This document shows, one piece after another, positions 26,138 through 37,145 of a DNA stretch of 64,000 nt. This DNA comes from Octopus sinensis. Taxonomy: Eukaryota. The notes under the pieces are model-generated. The model saw nothing but the letters and a program-made list of their open reading frames with translations, was not told the origin of the DNA and ran no database searches. Both the position numbers and the translations under genes were made by a program. Numbering within the stretch: position 1 is the first letter of the stretch; every line of letters starts with the position of its first letter. The stretch lies in the NCBI RefSeq assembly GCF_006345805.1, contig NC_043007.1, forward strand, positions 55,490,001 to 55,554,000, read 5' to 3'.

Positions 26138-26363
26138 GGTATGTAGAAAAATACAACATGGACAAGAACGTATAACTCATAGAAGACGATACAATAAACA
26201 TGGACAGGACATTCGAACCCCTCAGTCTTCAGTCAAGAACCGGATCATCGTAGTAATTTCGGCTGATTAATCTTGAGATTACTAGATCACGGCCAGCCCT
26301 CCAAGAAAAACTAAGCTGGAAGCGTAGATTTCCTGGAAGAAGGATCGAATGCATACGAACACC

Positions 26364-26397
<34 letters not shown>

Positions 26398-26399
<2 letters not shown>

Positions 26400-26808
26400 C
26401 GCAGGAGTGGCTGTGTGGTAAGTAGCTTGCTAACCAACCTCATGGTTCCGGGTTCAGTCCCACTGCGTGGCATCTTGGGCAAGTGTCTTCTGCTATAGCC
26501 TCGGGCCGACCAATGCCTTGTGAGTGGATTTGGTAGACGGAAACTGAAAGAAGCCTGTTGTATATATGTATATATATATATAAGTATGTGTGTTTGTGTG
26601 TCTGTGTTTGTCCCCCTAGCATTGCTTGACAACCGATGCTGGTGTGTTTACGTCCCCGTCACTTAGCGGTTCGGCAAAAAGAGACCGATAGAATAAGTAC
26701 TGGGCTTACAAAGAATAAGTCCCGGGGTCAATTTGCTCGACTAAAGGCGGTGCTCCAGCATGGCCACAGTCAAATGACTGAAACAAGTAAAAGAGAAAGA
26801 GAAAGAGA
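26398..26808 (+). mobile_element. tRNA-derived SINE, full length
   Basis: A-box-like tggctgtgtgg, B-box-like ggttcagtcc, tail ggcggtgctccagcatggccacagtcaaatgactgaaacaagtaaaagag. Confidence 0.92.
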
Positions 26809-26883
26809 TATATAGAGTGGTTGTATACTGTCAACTTAACATGACAGTAAAGGAATTACACCACCGCTGTTTAGCCCTAGGAA

Positions 26884-26940
<57 letters not shown>

Positions 26941-26943
<3 letters not shown>

Positions 26944-27409
26944 ACAATTGAGGGTAAAATTAATTAATTAATCAATTTCACCAAGTGTTCAGTATGTAAA
27001 AGGACCATTTAAGGCGAATTCAAAATATTACATTATATAATTAGGGCTTAGTAAAATAAATTACTTTGCCACATACTGAACTTAGTAGAAATAGCAGCCC
27101 AAAAAAATTTTCTTAGCATTTCTACTACTTAAAGAAAATTTCTCTCAGATAATGTTTACTCCAGACAGCTCACGAAGGTTTGGAGGTAAATACAGAAAAA
27201 TATCACAAGTACATAGATCGTTTGAGTACGTCAACGTTTCAAGATTAGCCAAATAAAATCAGCATTTCTTTCGTCAGCTCAAAATTTCTTAATTTGGATT
27301 TGGAAACACTAAAAAGAAGGAACTTTACCTATCAGCGAACTTGTCGCTTCAGATGAACCACTCCAACTAACAGTGTCAACAAATTCAATTTATTTTACTA
27401 AGCCCTAAT

Positions 27410-27421
<12 letters not shown>
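26941..27421 (-). mobile_element. Hammerhead-bearing element between two (TA)n arrays; distant relative of the 553-bp unit
   Basis: Shares aatttcacc...cagtatg.aaaaggacc...ccacatactgaa...agaaa.agcagcc with 12340-12475. Ends in a 31-bp inverted copy (27387-27417 vs 27032-27062). Confidence 0.75.
27221..27283 (-). ncRNA. Type I hammerhead ribozyme (canonical)
   Basis: UUUGAG-CUGACGA-AAGA..UCUU-GAAA-CGUUGACG-UA-CUCAAA. Confidence 0.85.
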
Positions 27422-27450
<29 letters not shown>

Positions 27451-27521
27451 GTATATATATATATAAGTATATATTATATATATATATTATATATATATAT
27501 TATATCTATATATATATATAG

Positions 27522-27559
<38 letters not shown>

Positions 27560-27592
27560 TATGTATGTATGTGTGTGTGTCTGTGTGGGTGT

Positions 27593-27862
27593 GGAGGCGC
27601 AATGGCCCAGTGGTTAGGGCGGGACTCGCGGTCGTAGGATTGCGGTTTCGATTCCCAGACCGGGCGTTGTGAGTGTTTATTGAGAGAAAACACCTAAAGC
27701 TCCACGAGCTCTGGCAGGGTGGTGGTGGCGATCTCTGCTGTACTCTTTCACCACAACTTTCTCTCACTCTTTCTTCTGTTGGCCTGCTCGCTTAGCCAGC
27801 GGGGTGGCGTCATTTGAAGGCTAAAACAATGTCAAGCGCATTGTGACCAGCGACGTGGAACC
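27593..27862 (+). mobile_element. Second tRNA-derived SINE family, 3'-truncated
   Basis: A box tggcccagtgg (27603-27613) and B box ggtttcgattcc (27644-27655). Confidence 0.8.
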
Positions 27863-28308
27863 GGTCGCGGTGATATATATATCATTTTTTGATTTTATTT
27901 TACCTTCGCTCTCATTCATTCTTTCCCGCACTTATTCCATTCCTTTCTTTTCTCTCTTTCTCCTCTCTCTCTTCTATTCCCTCACTCACAACTCTTATCT
28001 GTCTATCATGATGTTTGTCTTTCTCACACTATATACCCACATGGACCATTTTCATACTAGCTAACCACTTGATCTATTCCTTCAAAATGAACGCAGCATT
28101 CAAAATACTGCCTGGATTTATTTAAGGATCTATACCTTCACGGAAGTACGGACCAACCTCCATACCCTCTGGAAGAAGATGAGCTGTGAAATTTATTCTC
28201 CTGTCTGTATTCTTCTATCTGTTGCTTTACTCTTTATTCTTCTATCTACAATTTTATTCCTTTATGAACTGTAGATTCACTGTCTAGAACTTTCTTACAT
28301 ATTCAGCC

Positions 28309-28385
28309 TGTCTCTGATGACGGAATACCAGTTTACAGAGATGCTAACCTATCACTTGAGATATCCCAGAAACAGCTGTAAGACA
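28309..28385 (+). ncRNA. Type I hammerhead motif, partly decayed stem II
   Basis: UGUCU-CUGAUGA-CGGAAUA...UAUCCCA-GAAA-CAGCUG-UA-AGACA. Confidence 0.6.
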
Positions 28386-30164
28386 TCCAATAACCAATTA
28401 ATTAACTAATTAATTGATTAATTACCTCAAGTTCACCTTACTCTAAATATTCTAAATGATTTGAGATACTCGTCCTGCCTTGGCTTTTGCTGCCCTTCTT
28501 CTTCTAATATATTTGTGTTTATTAAGATTTAACAAAGGAAAACCAAGAGCAAAATTGAATAACTAAACTGTTGGAATTATCACATTATTTTCAGATGACA
28601 TAGGAATAGAATATAGCTAAAAGAAATGTTCGTATTTAAGTGTTTAACGTGGAAAATCAGTTTCCGAATTCAGAACCTGTGTATCAACGGTCTGTCTCTA
28701 ACTCTTTTGTTCGACACAAAGGAAGCTACCAAGGATTAATGGAAGCGTATCATACGAAGGTGCTATGACTAAAGGTAGATGGACTCAAGAAGATTATACC
28801 AAACTTAGAAAAATATGGCAGTCGGAAATCTCCTTTTATAACAAGACAATGCATTCGCAGTGGGACTGATCCGTAGAGGAAATCCTCTCCATAGACATTA
28901 AAATCAGTAAGATCCTGACTTCATCTGGAAACTAGACAGAAACAGTAATATTGACAAAGATTGCCAAAAAAAAAAAAGAGATAAAGGAACTCGAGGTTTG
29001 AAATTAGTACAAAGTAGCAAAAATAAATATAAAAGTAGGTGTTGAAAAGGGAACAGAACGACTCTTAAACACAATATAGACTCTACCTAACCCTTAAATG
29101 TATTCTCCTCTTTTTGTATATATCCGTCTCCCTTGATTGCTGGAGGTAGGTTAGCACCTTTGTCATGTATATGACACTTACGTAGGCATAGACAGGTTAA
29201 TCACTGTACACTTATCCCCAGGAATCATCCTGTCTATTTAGTTAATGACATGTCAACTTCGGAAGAATTCGTGATTCTTGAGATTATCTTCCTTTATCAT
29301 ATCAATTGATAATTTTACACACACACACATACATACACACATACACACACACACACGCACAAACACACATACACATCATCATGATGTTGAACCGTTAAAA
29401 GTTACACTTTTTCTCTCTCCATTTATTCATTCTCTCTCCAATTTTTGCTCTCAACACTTTCTGTCGAAGAGCGTAAGATTTTCCCATTCTTCTCGAACGT
29501 CAAACTAATACACCTGCTTGCTGCTCCCTCACCTACTTTTGTCTTTTGTCTTATGTAAATTTGAACTATATATATAAAGGTTATGATATCATTTTTGAAA
29601 ATCTTAAATTTTATTTTTATACAGCATAACAATATTGTTTATAAACAATCACCCATAGTTCCCCCAAATAAAATTTCCTCTGTATTAACATTTTAGGTTT
29701 CTTAGCATCTTACCCCTTTTAACTGGTAATTTGCCCCTTTTAGATGGTAATTAACATGATTTAAAGTCTTCCCCTACCAAGCATATTTTTATAGACAGAA
29801 ACTTTATATCTGATTGACTACTTCTAATGTCTTCTTTCCTCCCTGAGGAAAAGGGATACATATGACAATATTTATGACCATATCTAGCCATGAGCTGTCA
29901 ACTCACTCTTGTTCTTCATTCAAAATGGACACAGTCTTCTAGTCTTAGATTTAGTTATTGCTAAAGAGATAAATGTATTAGAAATAAATTACAATCCTTT
30001 ACAACACTACGACCCCAATAGGCTTCATGCGAGTTTTGGAAGTGTAGTCTATTCTTAGCTACAATAGCGACAGCATGAATTTCTTCCATCTTGTTCCTCT
30101 GTTAAAATATTTGAGAAAAATTATATTAATGTGTCTGACTGGTTAAATTCTATTTATTTATTTG

Positions 30165-30250
30165 TGCAGCTGAAGATGGTGCCGCATTTGAATTGATGTA
30201 ATGATTGCTTCGTTCAATTAAATGGAGCCACTTGAAACGGTCGTACTGCA
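30165..30250 (+). ncRNA. Type I hammerhead motif with 3 extra nt before GAAA
   Basis: UGCAG-CUGAAGA-UGG[CAUUU/AAAUG, AAUUGA/UCAAUU hairpin]CCA-CUU-GAAA-CGGUCG-UA-CUGCA. Confidence 0.6.
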
Positions 30251-30656
30251 TCACTACTTGATATCCTGTTGCCTATTTTGATTTTAGATCGATTTATACT
30301 ATCTGTTTTTAATTTTAGTTGTGACAATTTTACATTAATCTGATGGTTTATTTTATAATTTTGTAGAGTAGAAATTTATTATTCTTAAACAAAAATTTTG
30401 TTGACAGTAACATCGGAGTTTGGACCAGCTGAGCAATCGTCGGACATCACTCATATACATCAATAGATGACAAATATTGATAGATCGTTAGCTACTACAC
30501 ACATTTTTTCTCTCCTTGTTTTTTTCTGAGTATCTTTCTGTAAAAGAGCGTAGGCTCTAAACGTAAAAGACTTTCTATTCCTGAGCGCTATACTAATACA
30601 TTTGTTTGTTTGTACACCCACCTGCCTTCGTCTTTTGTTATTTTCGAAAACTTTCC

Positions 30657-30719
<63 letters not shown>

Positions 30720-30721
30720 AG

Positions 30722-30770
<49 letters not shown>

Positions 30771-31716
30771 AAAGGAAGAGAGAAAGTTAATGCTAAACTG
30801 GAAAGAATAAGAGAGAAATGAATATTTGCGACAGAAATGAATGGGATGTAGTGAAACAGAGCGTGTTGAAGTATAAATATAGAGATGGGTGTAGGAAGTA
30901 AAAGCAATAGAGGTGTAGACAGAGGAAATACAGGATATTCATTCACACATGTATACATATGCAAGATGCGTACGCACAGATAACAGCATAGACACACAGA
31001 CAGAATTAGATAGAGAATGGTAGAATGAAAGAAAGAGGGAGTGAGAGAGAATGAAGAGAAAATGAGAGCGGAAAATGTGGTGATGTGTATGCTTAGAGCT
31101 AACAACCAATTGTTATAGTTTTCTAAAGAAGAACGATTTCTTTTACTTGAAATCCCAGCAAAAACCGACAATGCTATAATGACAGCTTTTCTCCTCATAT
31201 CTTTTTCATTAATATTTTTTTTATTTTGCTTCGAAATTTTAATGTTTATTACTGTAAAACACATTGCTTCATTCTTCAATTTCCTTAATGTTTACCAAGA
31301 AGAATACGAAAGAATACCACTCAATATTCAATATTTAGGAGGTCGAAGATGATTGCGAAGACGGAAGTGATAGAAAGTTATGGGTAAATGATTTAGAATG
31401 TATAAATTTAGTAACTCTCGATTGATAGTCGAAATATTTCTGAGTTTATTTGGAGCTTGGTGGCTCAGATCAATCAGAATATATCAAGAATAAAGTGGAA
31501 TATCTCCATCAAAATCAAATAAAAATATAATCAATCGCAAATTTTTTATTGGTTTCATTTATCATTTTGTGTCCATGATGGAGTACCACCTTCAAGGACT
31601 TCAATCAATCATATCGACCCGGGCATAGTCTATTATTTATTTTACGGAACTCTAATACTTAATTTCACCCAGAGTATTACTGGTATAAATATACACATTT
31701 ATTCACACACACACAC

Positions 31717-31759
<43 letters not shown>

Positions 31760-32029
31760 ACACACACACACACACGTACCTACCTACGTACCTACTATGA
31801 CAGATTTTGTTTGAGAAAAAACATGAAGACGCAGCTCAAAAGTGAAGTGAATAACATGAATAACATCCTGTGGGTCGGTAGTGAACTCCTCAAGAAACAT
31901 TCAGTTTCTGATGAATTCCCCACGTGAATCAAGAAGTGCAGGATTAGCATAGCCCAGTAAAGACTGGGAAGAGAAACACTATACATACCACAAAATGTTT
32001 ATACATCTTAAGAAAGATGACAATATTGA

Positions 32030-32200
32030 TTTCAAATTTTGACACAAGGCCAGCAATTTAAGGGGTGGGGATAAACTGGTATTTATTTTATCGACTCTGA
32101 AAGAATGAAAGGCAAAGTTGACCTCGGCTGAATTTGATCTTGGAATGTAAAGACAGATTTTGCTCGAGTTGCTAATGATTCTGCCAGCTCGCCTCCTTAA
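32030..32200 (-). mobile_element. SINE fragment with a Meta-like central domain
   Basis: ctggtatttattttatcgactctgaaagaatgaaaggcaaagttgacctcggctgaatttga resembles the MetaSINE core in reverse orientation (from recall). Confidence 0.55.
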
Positions 32201-34829
32201 GGAGGATGATAATATTAACTAGAAGTGTTACCGTCTCTTAGACATGTGACAGCTACTTCACATTTCTTCTGAAAGTTACACTTTTGCAATCCAAGAACAA
32301 GATATAGCAGGACATGTATTCAGCAGCTGCCACAACAAAGTGTTATCAAAGTGTGACCTCACATCGCGATATACAATGTTATCTGCAGAAAAGACTGCCC
32401 TGAGACAAAAATCAACGAAACCTCTGCTGTTGAATACAAATATATATATCAACACAAGGAACATTGATGAAATATTCATATCAAAACATAACCAATTTGA
32501 TATAGATATTGCAACAGAAGAGAAAAATATCCTATACGGTCAAAAAGAGGAGAAGACCAAAGGATGTAATCATCACTTCTGAAGTCAGCGAAAAAGAGAA
32601 TAGGTATGGACAACTTCTTCGAAAGCTATAGCTCCTCTAACTTGATTATATACTCACATTAATACCAATAATTATTGGTGCACTTGGTTATATTATGTAT
32701 AAGTGACAATCTGTGAAAGTTAGGATTTCCGGATTAGGAAAGAGATTCGATAACACACTTTACAGGCACTGTCTGTGAGAGAAACAGTATAAATATGCAA
32801 GACGTTTCCTAAGTTCTACATGTAACACTTGTTGTTTTTATCTAAATTCCAGCGATGCAGCTTTAGCGCAACGAGTCCATTTCCCTGAATATGTTAGAAG
32901 ATAAGTTCCCTGTCACGTATGGGAGCTGTGGAGTGCTTCAGCGTGGGGGATTCGCTCATGAAGAGAAACTCTATGCTTCCGAACTGTTTCCTCCTGGCCA
33001 CGTGATCTGATTTAGGCCATATTTCTGTGAGGGCTCATTTCACGTGGATGTGTGTCGTTGCTACTAGGCATCGTGTTGTAGCCAACACACAGTGATACCC
33101 CACCGTCTCAGCAGTTGCTGCCAAACGTCAACTGGAATGACAACTTGTGCTTTCTTCCCATTATCTTTAAAAATTGTTTCGTTCGTGTCAGCGTGTCAAC
33201 TTGTCGTTTATGGAAAGCGAGAAGTATTGTTCATTTTGCTGCTATTCCAGCAAAGGATTACCTACTCGTGTTGTCACCTCCATCAATTACTTTGTGCTCT
33301 TTATACCGCTATTGTAGTTGTTGTTGTTGCTGTTGTTGCTGATGCTGATGCATTTATCGTTGTTGCTGCTGGTGTCGTGTTGTTAAAATTGCTTGCTTAT
33401 TTTTGTTTGCTCTCGTGCAAGCTTGTTGCATTGTGAGAAAATTTTCCCGCCACTTCCTCGTTGAATCTGATGGTGAGTGTTGTCGCCACCTTTATTCCAA
33501 ACAGACGAAAAGAACAGATGGAAGCCAATAAATATTCCGAAAATTGTGTTCTTTCATCAAAAAATCTGAAAAAAGGACAACTATATCCACGTTTCTAAGG
33601 CCTGTTCATTGGAATATAATTTAGATTATCTCCTTTACTTTCCACTTCAGCACATCTTTCTAATTCTGCTACTAATTTCACTTGGTACGGTGCTGCTCTA
33701 CTGAACGTTAATTAAAAAAAATATAATGTGTGCTTTAAAGTGTCTTGTCCAAACGACACAAAAACTGAACGAAATAAAGTGAAAGAGAAAGTGGCGTTGG
33801 GTTTAGTATCAAAGAAAAAATATAATCAGCCATGCCAGTCCACCCTAACAGAATAACAGTCGACCATTTTCAACATTCTACAACCCGTGGCCTACTACTA
33901 AGCAGTATGTATCACATTCTTCTGTCAGCATGAGTAGATGATCAGATGTGCAGATGCCCAGATGCTATTGTAACATCTGAGCATTCGACTAAAGCTCTTC
34001 CACTAACAAAACCTCCTAGATGAACAAATCCTTTCATACAATTGGCCTGATCAGTTTTTTGTCTGGAAGACTACATATATTTAGAGGTGATGACTCACGA
34101 AAAAGTAAACAAAGTCAGTGTATTAGTATTTTATACTGTGAGGATAAATCATAAGTTTTAACGTTTCGAACAAGAAGCCTTTAGCCAAAATAAATAAGAA
34201 ACAAAAACAAAAAAAGAAAAGAAAAAGAGAAGGAAGAAAAAATCTTCCTGCAGTTGAAGAACTATTCATGTTTTTTATTCTCTCCAACAATTATACATCA
34301 ACAATTCAAAAATACCATAAACTGTATTACACCTAGCAATTTGTCCGAATCCATTGAATTTAGAATTGTCTGGAATGTGCTCTGTTTCACTTCTCTCTCA
34401 TAACCCTACCTCTTCAGATATCTTAATACGATGTTGAACCATTCAGTACTTCTTGCTCAATGTCTAAACAGCTCTTTTTTTATTAGTGCTGAGACGAATA
34501 AAGAAATTAAGTAAGGACAATGAAATTGATAGGCTTGGAATGAAAGGAATATGTGATTACTTATTTACATGTCTTTGATGTTGTTCTCCAAAATTGTCAT
34601 CAGAAAGTTATTCTCTTGCCATTGATGAAATGTAATTTCTCAAGAATTAAGTGGCTTGAAAGAAATTAACAGGAACTTTTATCTCGAAGTTAGGACCTAC
34701 TGGCAGATTCCGTGACTTCCCATTCCTTACAGTCACTATGAACGTGTTGTAAAGCCTAGCGAAAGTGTTAAGTATTTCACTATCTGGATAGGTCCGATAG
34801 TTGATGATGATAATTTTGTTGTTTTTGTT

Positions 34830-34998
34830 GTTGCGTTGTTGTTGTTGTTGTTGTTGTTGTTCTTCTTCTTCTTCTTCTTCTTCTTCTTCTTCTTCTTCTT
34901 CTTCTTCTTCTTCTTCTTCTTCTAAAAAACCCAGCTTCTGTCTTATTCCTTGTAGGAATTATGTAGATAGCGGGTTACTACCAGTAACCATAGGTCTA

Positions 34999-35062
<64 letters not shown>

Positions 35063-35075
35063 GATTATTATTATT
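34830..35075. repeat. (GTT)n(TCT)n and (ATT)n microsatellites
   Basis: Direct reading. Confidence 0.9.
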
Positions 35076-35200
35076 ATTTTTATTTCTCTTTATCACAGGT
35101 TTTGTTGGAGCTCCTGGAGTCTTGCATGCGTAGCTGGCTTGCTACCTGCAGCCTACGGTACCATGCTATCTGTTCTCTTCAGTTATCTAATACTTCCCTG
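35075..35200 (-). mobile_element. Short 3' end of a Dong/R4-type LINE (family D; longer copy at 62835-63380)
   Basis: gagctcc...cttgcta.ctgcagccta.ggtaccatgctat shared with 62876-62940. Confidence 0.6.
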
Positions 35201-35217
35201 ATTATTATTATTATTAT

Positions 35218-35695
35218 TGAGTGAGAGAGCAGTTCATGCCATCAAAGTGACACTGGGGTAAAATATACGAAGCCCAATATACCCATCATGACTACCCGTC
35301 TGATAAAGGTACACCAGGCACATGCATCACAACCATATGTGCGCGACATGGTGATCTCATATCAAGATAAACAGCACATGACCTTGCAGGTGGGGCCCAG
35401 TTAGAATTTTCTTCAGGTTGAGTAGCCCATCCCGCTCAAACGGTCCCTGAATAAGGGTTGTTTAAGGATGTTGAAAGAACCACCCATGTTTCAAGAGGTG
35501 AACTATTCAAACCCCAAAGAATCCCTCTCAACACATGGCTATGATGCTCCCCCACTATTTCTGCTCGTGATCAGAGATGCACATATCGCCAGTCACTAAG
35601 GGACATGCTCAACTGGTTAAGGTCAAACAACTGACAAGCAAATCTGTGGTATTGAGCAGAATATTTGCTGTAGCCCATCTTTTATACCATCTTTT
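35218..35695 (-). mobile_element. ~480-bp non-coding (TAA)n-tailed interspersed element, copy 1
   Basis: Homologous to 36155-36562 and 45527-46052; bounded by (ATT)n. Confidence 0.8.
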
Positions 35696-35714
35696 ATTAT
35701 TATTATTATTATTA

Positions 35715-35751
<37 letters not shown>

Positions 35752-35765
35752 AATAATAATAATAA

Positions 35766-35798
<33 letters not shown>

Positions 35799-35870
35799 AG
35801 TTGTTGTTGTTGTTGTTGTTATTATTATTATTATTATTATTATTGTTATTATTATTATTATTAGACTGTT

Positions 35871-36140
35871 GTAAAAGAACAAATCCTAACATCAGGCTAC
35901 AACAAGTAACCTTAGCTGCCAAGAGCCCTCCTAAATATCCTAGCTGTCCCTAATAAGACTGTTTTCTGGAACTGTACTAAACTGGGTTTTATGCTTATTT
36001 CCTCTACCCATCTGTTCAAATTTTTAGGGATAGTTCCCAATGCATCAATAACTGCTGGAATGCATTTTACCAGCGCTTTACATAGTCTCTGTAATTCAAT
36101 GGTTGGTTCCTGCTACTTTGCTATCTTTTCTATGCCTCTC
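35871..36140 (-). mobile_element. Dong/R4-type LINE 3' fragment (family E)
   Basis: VKCIPAVIDALGTIPKNLNRWVEEISIKPSLVQFQKTVLLGTARIFRRAL*. Confidence 0.75.
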
Positions 36141-36154
36141 ATATTATTATTATT

Positions 36155-36562
36155 ATTGAGTGAGAAAGCATTGCATGTCATCAGAAAAGGGTACACCACG
36201 TGCATACATCACAACCATATGTGAGCAACATTGTGATCTCATATCAAGATAAACAGCACACGACTTTGCAGGTAGGGCCCACTTAGAATTTTCTTCAGGT
36301 CGAGTAGCTCATTCCGCTCAAAAGGTCACCGAATGTGTTGTTTAAGAACGTTAAATGAAACACCCATGTTTCTAGAAGTGAATTATTAAAACCCCAAAGA
36401 TTTCCTCTCAACACATGGCTATGATGCACTCCCACTACTTCTGCTCGTGATCAGAGATGCACATTTTGTCAGCCACTAAGGAACATGCTAAACTGGTTAA
36501 GGTCAAACAACTGACAAGCAAAACTGCAGTATTGAGCATAATATTTGCTGTAGCCCATCTTT
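36155..36562 (-). mobile_element. (TAA)n-tailed interspersed element, copy 2 (internal deletion)
   Basis: Homologous to 35218-35695. Confidence 0.8.
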
Positions 36563-36574
36563 TTATTATTGTTG

Positions 36575-37130
36575 TTATTACCTCTACCTTAGTGAAGGCG
36601 GAGATATTATTTTCAGTCCCGTTTGTTTGTCCGTGGACATGATATCTCAAGAACAGTTGGATGGATTCAGATGAAACTTTCAGGGATGTTTGGCCTCGTG
36701 ATTGGCACGAACTGATTTTGTGATCGATTCGGTACCGGACAAGGATTCTGGATTATTTGTAATATTTTATTCCCTTACGATCTTATGTTAACTTTGAAGT
36801 CTTTCTCAATTATGTCCCTTTAGGCTATAACTATTTTGAACGGTGAATTTGTTAACTATTTATTACTGTTACTAAGTTTTCTACTGCCACCTTCATATGC
36901 CATATCTACCATTGGGATCGATCATGTACCGGGCAAGGATTCTTGAATATTTTTCCGTTTTTTTTTAAAATTAATTTTTGGGAGCGGTCGGGTTCATTTT
37001 TAGTATTCTCGTTTGTAAAAGCAGTCGAGTCTATTTAAGTTATTCTCATTTTAAAAGTCACCTCTGACTATTCGTTAAGATGACGTTGGTGTTGCCTTGG
37101 CGGACCTTTGTGCTCTCTGACTACCCTTCT
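36575..37130 (+). mobile_element. Helentron-associated non-autonomous element (HINE/DINE-1-like)
   Basis: 5' attacctctaccttagtgaaggcggag (subTIR plus inverted repeat), internal duplicated gatcgat..gtaccgg.caaggattct, 3' ccttggcggacc followed by a decayed stem-loop; T-rich flanks. Confidence 0.65.
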
Positions 37131-37145
37131 TCTTATTATTATTAT

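Noticed and set aside
26240-26330. GGCTG...CAGCCGAAA hairpin (minus strand)
   Set aside because: The upstream core reads CTTGGAG and there is no valid NUH; possibly a decayed ribozyme but unsupported.
30533-30570. CTTT-CTGTAAAA-GAGC GTAG GCTC-TAAA-CGTA-AAAG minimal hammerhead shape
   Set aside because: Several core substitutions including G12; not counted, though it may derive from a ribozyme-bearing repeat.
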